From positions 62,001 through 126,000 of IMG/VR virus record IMGVR_UViG_3300024358_000009: 64,000 nucleotides of DNA, one strand, 5' to 3'. The position numbers and the translations under genes are program-made. Of the stretch, positions 40,501 through 50,607 are shown piece after piece. The notes beneath the pieces were generated by a model. It was not told the origin of the DNA. It did not search any database and saw nothing but the letters and a program-made list of their open reading frames with translations. Position 1 is the first letter of the stretch, and every line of letters starts with the position of its first letter.

Positions 40501-43500
40501 ATTCATGAACATAAAATTCTGGTTGAATATAACCATATTTTAAAAGCGATCTTCCATAAGGTAATTGTTTAAAAGAACATTCCCACCTAGATATAAAAGC
40601 TTTTTGTTGTTCTTCATTTTGATAAGGAACAATTTCTTTTATATTTTTATCATAAAATACTATACCAACTAAACAACCATGACTTGCATGCCAAGGATCT
40701 CTATTCAATACGACAGAATTAAGATATTGTTTTTGACTTGGATTTCTAATTATTATAGGAACAAATCTTTCATCTTTAAATATAGAGCCTGTTCCTGAAA
40801 GTTGATCGATTATTTGTTTTTGTGAATCATTTAATTGTGGATATGATTTTTTCCAAAAATAAAATGTTGTTCCTCCAGATTGATATTCTTCCTGTGTATC
40901 AAACCAAAGTTGTAATTGCCAAGTTATATAATGAAGACCTATATTTATATTTGATCTAGAAGAAAAACCTCTTAAAATAATACTTGTGTTTATAAATCTT
41001 TTTGTGTTTAAGTTGAAAAGACACTTTCTTGGAATGTTACAACTTTTTAAAAAGTCATAATATGGACCAGTTTCTTCAGGTGGATATTCATTGGTTAATG
41101 GATCTGTTAAAATAGAAATTGGTTTATAAGCAAAATAATATAAAGTTGGATCATTATTAGTAATAAAATCATTAGATGTTAATTTTTCAAATCTTCCATC
41201 TGGCAAATCTGTTACATAAATTCCAGTATAAGGACTAGTACTATATTGTTTATAATAATTTAAAAATAAATTTAATTCAGGACAACAATTATTTGCTGGT
41301 TTAGATAAATTATTTAAATTAAAACAATATTGAAAAGTTGATGTCAATTCTGCTTTAGCTAAATCGCATGGTGTAGGAGGTGCACTTGTAGTAGTGGTTG
41401 TAGTAGTGGTAGTGGTAGTTGTACAGATAGCTAAAGAAGCTGCCTGTAAAGCAGTTTCACATTCTTCCTGAGATGTGTATATTCCACTTCCATCAACTTC
41501 ACAAACACAATCAAAACAATCTAAAGCTTCGTTATAAACAGATTTCCAACTTGGACATGGAGTTGTACTAGTGGTAGTTGTTGTGGTTGTTGTAGTAGTC
41601 GTAGTCGGAGGAGTAATACTACTACATTCAACATGGTGAACATGAGCATTGCCATTAAAGAAACTGGTTATTACAAATTTATCGGTATCGGTGTTTTCAT
41701 TTTTTGGAAAGAATTCTATGTTATGAAATAAATAGTCTTCACCGAGATCATATTCATGCCAATTAAAACTATCAAATGTAAAATATATATATCTTTTATC
41801 AGTTAATGCTATCGCACCTATTCCATTTGAAACTACATCTATAAATTTTACTGGGGCATTAGCATTAATATTATTTATTATTACTGATTGCCACTGAGTA
41901 AAATTATTTGGATATGAAACTTTAAGATTACCATTATTATCTATTGCTAAATAATGCAAAGAATCAAAATCTATTCTTTTGTAAGTGGATTTGAGTGTTA
42001 TGCCTTGGTTTTGAGCTATTATAAATGTATTTGAATTTCCTTTTTTAACATAAACATCATCCGATGAACTTGTTGATAATATAAAAATATCACTATTATT
42101 TGTAATTGGTTCTAAATAAGCATCTCCATTAAATGTACCTTCAAAAATTTTACCACTTCCAAAATAACACTTATATACATTGTTGTTTTTAGTTAAAAAA
42201 TAGTTTTTTGTAACAGAAACTACATATTCTTCAGAAGTTTCAAAAATTAATTGTTCTGGAGGTAAAATACTTGGAGCAATAATCATAGAAGAATCTGTGT
42301 TTAAAACAGCTTCTATATTAAAATTAATATCAATAGGCGTATTAAAACTAGAATTATTTGGTGTGTTTATTAAGTTATAACCTAAATTATCAAAAAGATC
42401 ATATCTAATTTCTGTATCAAATAAATTAATGTCATTTGTTTTATAAAATGTCTCTAAATTTCCAAGTATATAAATAATGGCTGTTTTATTTGTATTATTA
42501 CCAATAGAAGATAAATAACCTTTTTTAATATATGGACTTGGAGAAGTAGCTTTTTCAACTTTTACTGTTTTCCAAGTTCCAAAACACTCTGGAGGTGCTT
42601 GAGTAGTTGTTGTAGTCGTTGTTGTGGTTGTTGTCGTTGTTGTCGTAGTAGTTGTGGTGGTATTTAAACTAGTAGTTGTTGTAGTTGTATTAAAATTATT
42701 TTGTAATACATGCACATCGCAAGAACATGATTCTGTTAAAAATTCAAAATTTGGAATTGACTGAAATTTATTGAAAGTTGTAACAAATTTAGGTTCTATT
42801 ATTGAAGTGTTATTTTTATTAGTTGGACTATTAAAACTTCTATACATAAAAGGAAATTTTTGATCATCAGTATTTCCAAAATAAACCGGAAGAGTTTGAT
42901 AAAGCAAAACAGTTTCTATGCCGGTTTTTAATGGAACAGAAAAATTATTTGAAACAAGAGATATTTTAAAGTTATCTAATCCTAGATCACCAAGTTCTGT
43001 TAAATTAGGTTCAAAAAGTTTTATATATGGTATTTTTATAATATTTAAACATTCAACTGGAGAACCAAAAAAAAGCACATCATTTAACTGATCGGTTAAG
43101 CTTTTTCCGGCTTCGCCAGGTTCATAAAATTCATAACATTGTTTTCGCAAAACAATATACAAACTGTGCCAATCAGCATCAGATGCAACATATTCCAAAT
43201 TACATTTATTATAATCGGTATCCAAAAGTATTTTATAATCTGTAGCGTTGTCATCGCCTTGCTCAAGAATAAATTTAGAAATACTTGGTGCAGTTCCTGA
43301 TGGAAGACCGTTATTTTGTAATAAATATTTAAATGTATAAAATTCAAATGGTGTAGCTACAAAGAAATTTGAAACAAAGGTTGTGTTTCCATTTATAATT
43401 TCGGTAGTACGATTTTCATGAATAAAAATAGAACCTTTAATGTCATATTTATCTTCAAATATTTTTACAAAGTTATAAGTTATAAAACCAGAAGCATTTT

Positions 43501-45529
43501 GTGTTAAAGTTCTGCATTTTGTTTGTGCTTCTTCTATTTCTTCAGTATTGGATTTAAAACCAACAAATGTTCCTGTATTAACTAGTCCTAATGACGCAGA
43601 AGGATTTGATGTAGAAAAATAACCTGTTAAAAATTCATTGTTATTAAATAATTTACCAGATAATACACATTGACCATCCCAAGCACCTTCTACTTGTTCT
43701 TGTGACCATCCAAAAATATCTGTCTGAACACTCTTATTTGCAAAAAAGTTTGGTATAAAAACTGATTTAATTGAGTTGTATAAATTTGGATCGTATTGTG
43801 GAGCGGTTGCGATTATATGCGTTCCATCGGCATATGTATTAGAAGATGTTTTTCTACCACCTGATAAAACATAAAATCTTGAATTAGAAGATACTATATT
43901 ACTGTAATAATCATTTATTTTTGAAGTATTTAAAGTAAATTTTGAATTAAAAGAACTAGGGGCAGCACTATCAGAATATAAATTAGATAAAAATCTATTT
44001 TGTATATATAACTGTCTTTCGTTCTGTGGAAAGATAGTATTTTTTAGATCATATTTATCTAATCGAACAAAGCCTATTGATGGAGGTCCAAAATAATTAT
44101 TTTCTATAATACTAGAAAATGTTAAAATTATACCGTTTCCAAACTTGCCTACAATAATATCAAAATCCCAATTGAAATTTCTATTAGAATTGTCTTTATG
44201 AGGAATGTAATAACTAGATGTTTTAAAGTTATGTCTAGTGTCATAAGTTGAAGCATTGAGATGTAAATTAAATCTATAGTCATTTAATTTTAATACTGCT
44301 GAATTACTTGTATAGTTTAAATCTTCAGATGTTATAAATACCGCAAATTCATTATTTTGTGGTGGATTATTAGGTCTTACAGTTGTTGTTGTAGTGGTTG
44401 TAGTTGTAGTGGTCGTGGTAGTTGTGGTTGTAGCAGTCGTAGTCGTTGGTGCTGTCTTTACATTAATTGGTATATTATGAATAATGTCTTGCAATGAATT
44501 GAATATAGAACCGTTTTGCCTAAGTTTTATAGAAGTTTTTACTGTGTCTAGTAAATAAGATCTTAAAATATATCCTAATGTTAATTTAAATGATGGTATT
44601 GAAGACACGCCATTAGTTACATCTCTAGAACCAAACGAAAATGTTTCAACAAAATCATTTTGGCCATTATCTATTACTTGTATAATTATTCCAGTAACTG
44701 CATTAGAAGCAGACATATTAAAATTATTAGCAAGTACTCCATTTTCATCTAAAAAAGATATATAAATATTATTTGTATTAACAAATGTTTCATATGCTTC
44801 TAAACTTAATTGATCATGTTGTGTGCTTGAATTTGCGATTGTAGCTGGATTAGTCATACTAGCTACAATTTGAGAAGCGACAGAACCTGGTCTTAAAACA
44901 GTAACTGGTGACCAATCTGGATCACTATTAGATATTTGTGCTGCATTATCTAAAGTCAAAGTAAATGTTAAATATACTATAATATTAGCATTATTCGCAA
45001 AAATAGATGGATCTGTTCCTATCCATTCTAATCTTAAAGAATTAGCATCTATAGTATAAGTAGAATTTGTGGATATAGATTTAGAAAATGTTCCACCAGA
45101 AGAATTTTTAATTAAAAAATTATTATTAGAAGAAGTAACTGTTAATGTGCCTACTGCTTTTATTGGTGATAAAGGTAATCCAGAATTTGTAAAAGTTAAT
45201 ACTATATTTTCTGAAATAAGAGATTTTCCAGAAGAATCTAAACTAATAGATGTGGGAATTCCAGCTGTTACACGAAGAGTATCTGGGTATACAGCAGTAG
45301 GACTTAATGTCGTTGTGGTAGTTGTTGTAGTAGTCGGAGCGGAATTAATAGATTTAATAGGAATCCACTGTTGTGAGTTTGGATTCCAAAAAAATGTAGC
45401 ATTGCTTGCTGTATTATACCAAAAAGCAGGTCTTTTTCTTTCAACTATTTTTGGTTCATTGGGCTGTCTATATACTAAAGAATCTCTAGAAGGATTAGAA
45501 ATTCCTGGCAATTCGTTAGGATTAGGCAT
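37586..45529 (-). CDS. Giant mucin-like adhesin/fibre protein (2647 aa) with poly-Thr linkers
   Basis: Six Thr-rich tracts separate globular, Cys-rich and beta-propeller-like segments. Gly-rich stretch near the C-terminus. Lies within the virion operon. Confidence 0.7.
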   Translation of the reverse strand: MPNPNELPGISNPSRDSLVYRQPNEPKIVERKRPAFWYNTASNATFFWNPNSQQWIPIKSINSAPTTTTTTTTTLSPTAVYPDTLRVTAGIPTSISLDSSGKSLISENIVLTFTNSGLPLSPIKAVGTLTVTSSNNNFLIKNSSGGTFSKSISTNSTYTIDANSLRLEWIGTDPSIFANNANIIVYLTFTLTLDNAAQISNSDPDWSPVTVLRPGSVASQIVASMTNPATIANSSTQHDQLSLEAYETFVNTNNIYISFLDENGVLANNFNMSASNAVTGIIIQVIDNGQNDFVETFSFGSRDVTNGVSSIPSFKLTLGYILRSYLLDTVKTSIKLRQNGSIFNSLQDIIHNIPINVKTAPTTTTATTTTTTTTTTTTTTTTTVRPNNPPQNNEFAVFITSEDLNYTSNSAVLKLNDYRFNLHLNASTYDTRHNFKTSSYYIPHKDNSNRNFNWDFDIIVGKFGNGIILTFSSIIENNYFGPPSIGFVRLDKYDLKNTIFPQNERQLYIQNRFLSNLYSDSAAPSSFNSKFTLNTSKINDYYSNIVSSNSRFYVLSGGRKTSSNTYADGTHIIATAPQYDPNLYNSIKSVFIPNFFANKSVQTDIFGWSQEQVEGAWDGQCVLSGKLFNNNEFLTGYFSTSNPSASLGLVNTGTFVGFKSNTEEIEEAQTKCRTLTQNASGFITYNFVKIFEDKYDIKGSIFIHENRTTEIINGNTTFVSNFFVATPFEFYTFKYLLQNNGLPSGTAPSISKFILEQGDDNATDYKILLDTDYNKCNLEYVASDADWHSLYIVLRKQCYEFYEPGEAGKSLTDQLNDVLFFGSPVECLNIIKIPYIKLFEPNLTELGDLGLDNFKISLVSNNFSVPLKTGIETVLLYQTLPVYFGNTDDQKFPFMYRSFNSPTNKNNTSIIEPKFVTTFNKFQSIPNFEFLTESCSCDVHVLQNNFNTTTTTTSLNTTTTTTTTTTTTTTTTTTTTQAPPECFGTWKTVKVEKATSPSPYIKKGYLSSIGNNTNKTAIIYILGNLETFYKTNDINLFDTEIRYDLFDNLGYNLINTPNNSSFNTPIDINFNIEAVLNTDSSMIIAPSILPPEQLIFETSEEYVVSVTKNYFLTKNNNVYKCYFGSGKIFEGTFNGDAYLEPITNNSDIFILSTSSSDDVYVKKGNSNTFIIAQNQGITLKSTYKRIDFDSLHYLAIDNNGNLKVSYPNNFTQWQSVIINNINANAPVKFIDVVSNGIGAIALTDKRYIYFTFDSFNWHEYDLGEDYLFHNIEFFPKNENTDTDKFVITSFFNGNAHVHHVECSSITPPTTTTTTTTTTTTSTTPCPSWKSVYNEALDCFDCVCEVDGSGIYTSQEECETALQAASLAICTTTTTTTTTTTTSAPPTPCDLAKAELTSTFQYCFNLNNLSKPANNCCPELNLFLNYYKQYSTSPYTGIYVTDLPDGRFEKLTSNDFITNNDPTLYYFAYKPISILTDPLTNEYPPEETGPYYDFLKSCNIPRKCLFNLNTKRFINTSIILRGFSSRSNINIGLHYITWQLQLWFDTQEEYQSGGTTFYFWKKSYPQLNDSQKQIIDQLSGTGSIFKDERFVPIIIRNPSQKQYLNSVVLNRDPWHASHGCLVGIVFYDKNIKEIVPYQNEEQQKAFISRWECSFKQLPYGRSLLKYGYIQPEFYVHESTLTRQNSNPIFYVAASYNPKNPLSIYQTLDAYSIGNIYNIRGMLKEIRHIGGTNIEYNNTTRITLEPDCTGLITTTTTTPNTQTTTTKISINRPPLPPVVTTTTTTATTTTTGPGGTTTTVGPSGTALKMPDGITFRNGKIYITVGGYVRKVIENDIGDPVNNSGGPVMSNTVCYWNYSQKEKGRIGRSWLRFTQLKHSVHGTNIHDIRSPDRSDTSYLFNCGDFPAQNNPDFGVVLPSISASAMGLLEAQRNYFALTNVLANSNVFPVPHLDATNCRKPSYPITDSLNIKIDEHIKTGCKTSKYTTPEGYTFSAQTAYFILSPAFTRRGNEEDGYSNFLVVTFNTIGFYNDPYERGFLYGPDPYYRGSVNISGDTGWLPNFVAGAICNPRCEVYYPDPESEVGLHRFKNGTIALIGNHNTLEIGNMLNGTNSAVNFGFGPCLLKGLWLNRNNGSKFIDSAASLVGQACSSYFHGKETDPKKYFSINKPNELYNEGDYVPLVGPFSSSNMSGSLQQAILEKNGPCGENLIGFNGSPSAMAEGQGMVISAAQWGELLTSLSNIAPVTQADIMSHWSANIKNVDPFMLSYGKCTTVSNFNNLTYNLQIDPATGRPYVDEDGNPTGEIVPSQDLANPEGAEDPDDNFNSSALAINPDSPLVKPEPYAVGPGVIGTNSTNPVTGPTRPQPPNPLPTGTNPVNGSCPPGEEVYTFYIRGVYGIITNIVNKCCKSILINTACGIKKICEHAIYGGTPGLLDCLPPGPGPGGFGGGYGYPGGLGGLGGLGGLGLGGGGFGGGGGIAGVPQPGNPAVVVDNLRRGNEPKPPCVQRDYNGQKFATPPYTDTNIDNFGGKLEPCNFCKSNVKNALVNGEVVQQPKEVGFCAQMTIKYKTYIDEDGCLQSIPGNSLDTVNVNVKGEQKQYQVTGEQNISKDICFYSIPGKNLTAEQAYLDWATGEFNGKPNKPPYVAAGRK

Positions 45530-48467
45530 ATGCGTTTCCTGAGAATGATACCCAATTAGAACCGTTATTATCAGTTATCCAAAAATATAATACAGAATTA
45601 GTAGTGTCATACCAAACAGCAAAAGAATTGCTTGGTGGATTTGACGGCCTACTAGGCTGTTGATAAAAGTTTACCACAGCTAGTCCTGGAGTTCCAGCAG
45701 ATCCTTGATAACCTTGAAATCCTTGTGGGCCAGTTGGGCCAGTAGGACCATTTTGGCCAGCTTGACCGGTTGGACCAGTTGGACCAACAGGACCAGATGA
45801 ACCATTAGATCCTGGAGTTCCTGGAGTTCCATTAGAACCATTAGCACCAAAAATATCACGCAAAGTAAAGGTTCTATTTTTTGAAGATTGTGTAGATTCA
45901 AGTATCAAAGTTGTAGAAGATTCATTTATAGGAATATCCCAAACAACTATGTTTTTAGTTCCTGCTAATGGGTCATTATTTTGAGTTGTAGCTACAGTAG
46001 AATTTGATCCTGTCGCTGTTCTAATAGCTAATAATTCTGGAGAAGATGTGAAATCAAAGAAGTATCTTTGACCCCTTATAATTGTGATCGGTTCTGTATT
46101 ACCAAGACCTTGTATTTCAATTAATGAAGAATTATTTGTTACTGTATATAAAGTTCCGCCTCTATCTCCTTGATAACCTTGAAAACCTTGAAAACCTCTT
46201 GGGCCAGCAGAGCCAATTAAGCCTTGTCTTCCTTGAGAACCTTGTGACCCAGCACCACCTTGAAAACCTTGAAAACCTTGTGGACCAGTAGAACCATTAG
46301 ATCCAGCATTACCTTGAAAACCTTGTGATCCTGTAGTTCCAACATTTCCTTGAAAACCTTGCGGACCAGTAGAACCAGAACTTCCAGATAAACCAGTAGA
46401 ACCTTGAAAACCTTGTGGGCCTGTAGAACCAGATGTTCCAGTAGACCCCTGAAATCCTTGAGGACCAGTAGATCCATTTGTACCATTTGTTCCAGCAGAT
46501 CCTTGGAAACCTTGACTTCCTTGGTTACCTTGAAAACCTTGATCTCCCTGAAAACCTCTAGATCCAGACGAGCCAACAAGTCCTTGTCTACCCTGAGATC
46601 CTTGCGGACCAGTTAAGCCAGTTAATCCTTGAAAACCCTGAAATCCTTGGGGTCCATTAGAACCACCGGTAGCACCAGCTTGTGCAACAGTAGCCCAATA
46701 TAAAGGATTTAAATCTGGCTGTTTTGGAGAAGAACTAGTACTTGCAAGTATAGCTATATAACTAGTGCCACCATAATAAACTACATCGTTAAGAGAGTAA
46801 TTAGTAGAAGATGACCAATCACCCTTCCAAGATATACCAGTATTACCTTGGATACCTTGAAAACCTTGAGATCCTTGAGGACCAGCAGCACCTTGAGAAC
46901 CTTGGGAACCATTATTTCCAGCAGCACCTTGAGAACCTTGAGATCCTTGGGAACCATTATTTCCAGAAGCACCTTGAGAACCTTGAGATCCTTGAGGGCC
47001 AGAAGATCCAGCAGCACCTTGACTGCCTTGACTGCCTTGTGAACCATTACTACCGGCAGAACCTTGTGCACCTTGAGAACCAGTAACTCCTACTGGACCT
47101 TGAGATCCTTGAGAACCTTGTGATCCAGAAGAACCAGTAGATCCTTGAGATCCTTGTGGACCAGAAGAACCTTGAAAACCTTGAGAACCTTGAGTTCCGG
47201 CAGATCCTTGATTTCCTTGAGATCCAGTAGATCCTTGATCTCCTTGAGAGCCTTGAGAACCTTGATTACCAGTAGACCCTTGATTTCCTTGAGATCCTTG
47301 TGGTCCAGTAGAACCAGTAAAACCTTGATTGCCTTGACTACCAGAAGAACCTTGTAAACCTTGAGATCCAGTAGAACCCTGTGGTCCAATGACACCAACT
47401 ACACCCTGAGAACCCTGAGAACCTTGAAAACCTTGAGTACCAGTAGATCCTTGAACACCTTGGACTCCGTTACCACCCTGCAAACCTTGCAAACCCTGAG
47501 AGCCTTGTGATCCTTGAGATCCTTGTAAACCTTGAACACCTTGATTGCCTTGAGGACCAGTATAATCGGTAACGGAAATAGATCTTATAATTGCAGGATT
47601 AGTTATTGATTGAACAACTATACCGCTAGAAGGAGCATCTAAAGGTATTTCATAAGTAATGATTTGACCTGTACTTCCAGAAGATTCATTATTATTAGAA
47701 CTAGTTCCAGCAACATTAGTAGTTAAACCATCTCCATTTCTAATAGCTACAAAGTTAGATGTTAATGCGGAAAAATCGAAAAAGAATTTTTGTCCACGAC
47801 AAACAGTTATTGGATCTGAATTGTTAGAAATGCCTTCAACGGCAAATTGATTACTTACTATAGAAAAAATAAATTTGGTTCCACCACTTATACCTTCAGA
47901 ACCCTGATATCCTTGTAGACCTTGAGATCCAGCCGAGCCTTGACCTCCTTGACTACCTTGACGACCTTGACTTCCTTGAGAACCTTGTGATCCTTGTGAA
48001 CCCTGCGTTCCTTGAGATCCTTGCGATCCCTGTGTTCCTTGTGATCCCTGAGATCCCTGACTACCTTGAACACCTTGCGAACCGGTATAACCTCTGTCTC
48101 CCTGAGAACCTTGTGATCCTTGAGAACCCTGAGATCCTTGCGAACCTTGTGAACCCTGAGAACCTTGATTACCTTGCGAACCTTGAGATCCAGAAGTTCC
48201 AGTTGATCCTTGGGAACCTTGTGATCCTTGAGATCCCTGAAAACCCTGACGACCTTGTGCTCCTTGTGCTCCTTGTGCACCAGTAGCACCGTCTCCAAAA
48301 GCTGCCCAATAAGTAGAAGCCGTTTCTGGATTTTGATTAGTAGATGACTGAATGGCTATATAAGTAGATGAATTATATTCAACTATATCGTTTGCAGTAT
48401 ATGATGCAGAAGAAGACCAAGTGCCCTTATAAAGAACACCTATAGAACCAGTATTAATTAACGGCAT
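45522..48467 (-). CDS. Collagen-like fibre protein (981 aa, GSQ-rich)
   Basis: Long (G-X-Q)n tracts, two W..W....Y...D.V.Y CBM-like modules, and two RGQ.(F/Y)FFDF domains. Confidence 0.85.
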   Translation of the reverse strand: MPLINTGSIGVLYKGTWSSSASYTANDIVEYNSSTYIAIQSSTNQNPETASTYWAAFGDGATGAQGAQGAQGRQGFQGSQGSQGSQGSTGTSGSQGSQGNQGSQGSQGSQGSQGSQGSQGSQGDRGYTGSQGVQGSQGSQGSQGTQGSQGSQGTQGSQGSQGSQGSQGRQGSQGGQGSAGSQGLQGYQGSEGISGGTKFIFSIVSNQFAVEGISNNSDPITVCRGQKFFFDFSALTSNFVAIRNGDGLTTNVAGTSSNNNESSGSTGQIITYEIPLDAPSSGIVVQSITNPAIIRSISVTDYTGPQGNQGVQGLQGSQGSQGSQGLQGLQGGNGVQGVQGSTGTQGFQGSQGSQGVVGVIGPQGSTGSQGLQGSSGSQGNQGFTGSTGPQGSQGNQGSTGNQGSQGSQGDQGSTGSQGNQGSAGTQGSQGFQGSSGPQGSQGSTGSSGSQGSQGSQGPVGVTGSQGAQGSAGSNGSQGSQGSQGAAGSSGPQGSQGSQGASGNNGSQGSQGSQGAAGNNGSQGSQGAAGPQGSQGFQGIQGNTGISWKGDWSSSTNYSLNDVVYYGGTSYIAILASTSSSPKQPDLNPLYWATVAQAGATGGSNGPQGFQGFQGLTGLTGPQGSQGRQGLVGSSGSRGFQGDQGFQGNQGSQGFQGSAGTNGTNGSTGPQGFQGSTGTSGSTGPQGFQGSTGLSGSSGSTGPQGFQGNVGTTGSQGFQGNAGSNGSTGPQGFQGFQGGAGSQGSQGRQGLIGSAGPRGFQGFQGYQGDRGGTLYTVTNNSSLIEIQGLGNTEPITIIRGQRYFFDFTSSPELLAIRTATGSNSTVATTQNNDPLAGTKNIVVWDIPINESSTTLILESTQSSKNRTFTLRDIFGANGSNGTPGTPGSNGSSGPVGPTGPTGQAGQNGPTGPTGPQGFQGYQGSAGTPGLAVVNFYQQPSRPSNPPSNSFAVWYDTTNSVLYFWITDNNGSNWVSFSGNAYA

Positions 48468-48470
48468 TTC

Positions 48471-48929
48471 TTATCCCTCTTTTGCAACAAATTCTTTTCC
48501 AGAAGATGCACATATTACACTAACAGCCCCATTTGGAATAAAACCACTTTCAAAACTTAATTGACCACCAGTAAGAACTGGGTATGAATTTGTATCTGTA
48601 GCAACACCATCTATATTTACATACATAACTGTATCGGACAAATTAACAAATAATAAATAATTTCTTTGTGGTCTTGCAGCAAAAACAGTTTGAGCCACAT
48701 TGGCTTGAGTTATAGTTCCAGAGCCATCTGTTAAAGTACCAAAAGTTGAAGCGTCTACATAATTAATGCCAAAAGTTTCTTCTATGGCTGGTTGTGGTAA
48801 GTCTTGATATATTTTTGCACCACCAAGATAAGTTCCTCTATCAGTACTTTCAACTCCTGGTGGAGTTTGAATATAAGCACCGCCATAAACAAAATTTCCA
48901 CTACCATCAATCCTATTTAAATCTGCCAT
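48471..48929 (-). CDS. Hypothetical virion protein
   Basis: 152 aa with RBS gaggtg and a beta-rich C-terminal domain (RNYLLFVNLSDTVMYVNIDG). Confidence 0.55.
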   Translation of the reverse strand: MADLNRIDGSGNFVYGGAYIQTPPGVESTDRGTYLGGAKIYQDLPQPAIEETFGINYVDASTFGTLTDGSGTITQANVAQTVFAARPQRNYLLFVNLSDTVMYVNIDGVATDTNSYPVLTGGQLSFESGFIPNGAVSVICASSGKEFVAKEG

Positions 48930-48937
48930 TTCTCACC

Positions 48938-49468
48938 TCATCTAAAATATGAATTTCCACCTTGATTATTTGGATAGTATGTCTGATCACTGTAACCAGC
49001 AAATACTCTAAATGGTGCTATGATAGCTGCTCCAGCTATAACGCCACTTCTACCAGTTTGATAGTCTAATTTAGCTTCGTCATAAACGGCACACCAACCT
49101 TTTTCAATAAGTTTTAGTCTGCCGTCCATTGATCCACGCAAATCTATAGAAGAACTACCATCTCTAATAGCTATGCCTTGACGAACACTTGTTCTTGCTT
49201 CAGATCTTTCAATAATGCAAGCTGCTTTAAAACATACTAAATTTATAAAGTTTTCATCTCTAGATACATTACGAACAGTAGGATCTGGACTTATTGTTAG
49301 TCCTTGAATATCAACACTATAGTTTACAGGAAAGTCTATATCTGTAATAACAATTTGTGCAGCAACTGCTAATGTCTGAACTAATCTACCATCAGTATAA
49401 TTTGGATTTGCTGAAAGATCATCTATCAAAACTCGCAGCAAAGTTGTCATTTCTGACTGCCACAACAT
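48938..49468 (-). CDS. Putative head-tail adaptor
   Basis: Likely start MLWQSEM (49468, RBS gagg). LLRVLIDD...YTDGRL and IRDGSSSIDL patterns recall gp6/gp15-like adaptors. Call also rests on synteny. Confidence 0.5.
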   Translation of the reverse strand: MLWQSEMTTLLRVLIDDLSANPNYTDGRLVQTLAVAAQIVITDIDFPVNYSVDIQGLTISPDPTVRNVSRDENFINLVCFKAACIIERSEARTSVRQGIAIRDGSSSIDLRGSMDGRLKLIEKGWCAVYDEAKLDYQTGRSGVIAGAAIIAPFRVFAGYSDQTYYPNNQGGNSYFR

Positions 49469-49476
49469 AGATAACC

Positions 49477-49797
49477 TCAAGCAAAAGGAGTAATCTTTAT
49501 CGTACCAACAAATAAAGTAGAAATATGGTTGTTAGGAAATAAAGCTCTTATTTCAAAAAACCATCTTCCATAACCCATTTGTTGTAATTGATTTTCAGTC
49601 AAAACTAACGAAAGTTCTGTTGGAGAAACAACCGTCATATTTACTGAAATATCTCTTACAATAAATATTACACCAGCATTAGTTATATATGTGCTTTCAT
49701 CTAATGTAAAAGTATCTGTAATCGGAATGTAATTGGAATCTAATATTTTTTGCAAAAAAACATTTTTAATTATAGTTTTATTTAATAAATTTGCCAT
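49477..49797 (-). CDS. Small beta-sandwich (BppU-like) protein
   Basis: Likely start MANLLNK (49797). LSLVLTENQLQQMGYGRWFFEIRA...LFVGTIKITP. Confidence 0.45.
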   Translation of the reverse strand: MANLLNKTIIKNVFLQKILDSNYIPITDTFTLDESTYITNAGVIFIVRDISVNMTVVSPTELSLVLTENQLQQMGYGRWFFEIRALFPNNHISTLFVGTIKITPFA

Positions 49798-49798
49798 T

Positions 49799-50446
49799 TT
49801 AGTCGCCAAAAGGTGGAACAATTATCATATTTGCCACCAATAGCGTTAATACATGACCATTATATAAAGTGGCTTTAACTTCATAAGACCAACGACCAGC
49901 ACCTATAATAGCAAGTTCAGCAGAAGAAAGTTCTAGTCTAAGAACAGTATCATTTATAATAGTGAAGTTTTTAGTAAATGTTTCTTTGCCAGCAATAATA
50001 AACTGAACAATAGCACCTGATAAAGTAGGCCATTGAGAAGATGTTAAATCTATAGACCTTCCTTCAGCAGCAAAATAATCATCTATTAATCTTAACTCTA
50101 TTGGTTCTGTTATGTCTGCTGGAACAGGACTCTGTTGGGTTATAACAGAAACACCACCAGCACCAGCCCTAGTACTTACTTTGACATCTACATATTCTAA
50201 TTCTTCTGGATTTATAGCTAAAAAACCAATTATTTCAGTTCCAGATTTAAACTTAACGCCACCTCTAAAGTTTTGTGGATAAGCTGAATATGTCCATAAA
50301 TAATTACCATTTCCTATTTCAACAAAACCTATTGATATAGGTAATGTTATATCTGTTCCATTAGTATCTACTAAAGTGGCTGTTAAATTAGTCAAGCCAA
50401 TATATCTTTTGCCTAAATCTAAAGATATAGAAGCTTGATAAGACAT
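49799..50446 (-). CDS. Beta-sandwich (BppU-like) protein
   Basis: C-terminal LRLELSSAELAIIGAGRWSYEVKA...LLVANMIIVP is paralogous to the adjacent 49477 gene. Confidence 0.5.
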   Translation of the reverse strand: MSYQASISLDLGKRYIGLTNLTATLVDTNGTDITLPISIGFVEIGNGNYLWTYSAYPQNFRGGVKFKSGTEIIGFLAINPEELEYVDVKVSTRAGAGGVSVITQQSPVPADITEPIELRLIDDYFAAEGRSIDLTSSQWPTLSGAIVQFIIAGKETFTKNFTIINDTVLRLELSSAELAIIGAGRWSYEVKATLYNGHVLTLLVANMIIVPPFGD

Positions 50447-50607
50447 TAAACAACCTCATAATTTATTTTTTGTTCTGATTCACTTGAAATAGTAGAATCA
50501 GAATACACATGACCAAATACAATATATTCATTAAGCATTAAGCTTTCTGAAATTTGTACAATGCCACTGTTTGCTAAAATCTCAAAATTAACTTCTTGCT
50601 GGCTCAT
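50446..50607 (-). CDS. Small ORF missing from the ORF track (53 aa)
   Basis: MSQQEVNFEILANSGIVQISESLMLNEYIVFGHVYSDSTISSESEQKINYEVV*. Preceded by aagggaag, and its stop overlaps the next start (TAATG). Confidence 0.6.
   Translation of the reverse strand: MSQQEVNFEILANSGIVQISESLMLNEYIVFGHVYSDSTISSESEQKINYEVV

Noticed and set aside
45069-45542. 157-aa plus-strand ORF with a poly-Val run
   Set aside because: It is the antisense reading of a poly-Thr tract in the 2647-aa gene.
46217-48298. Many alternative-frame and antisense ORFs (KVLKV/LETL-rich) over the collagen genes, also at 54951-56871 and 58682-60307
   Set aside because: These are frame-shift artefacts of G-X-Q tandem repeats that lack stop codons.
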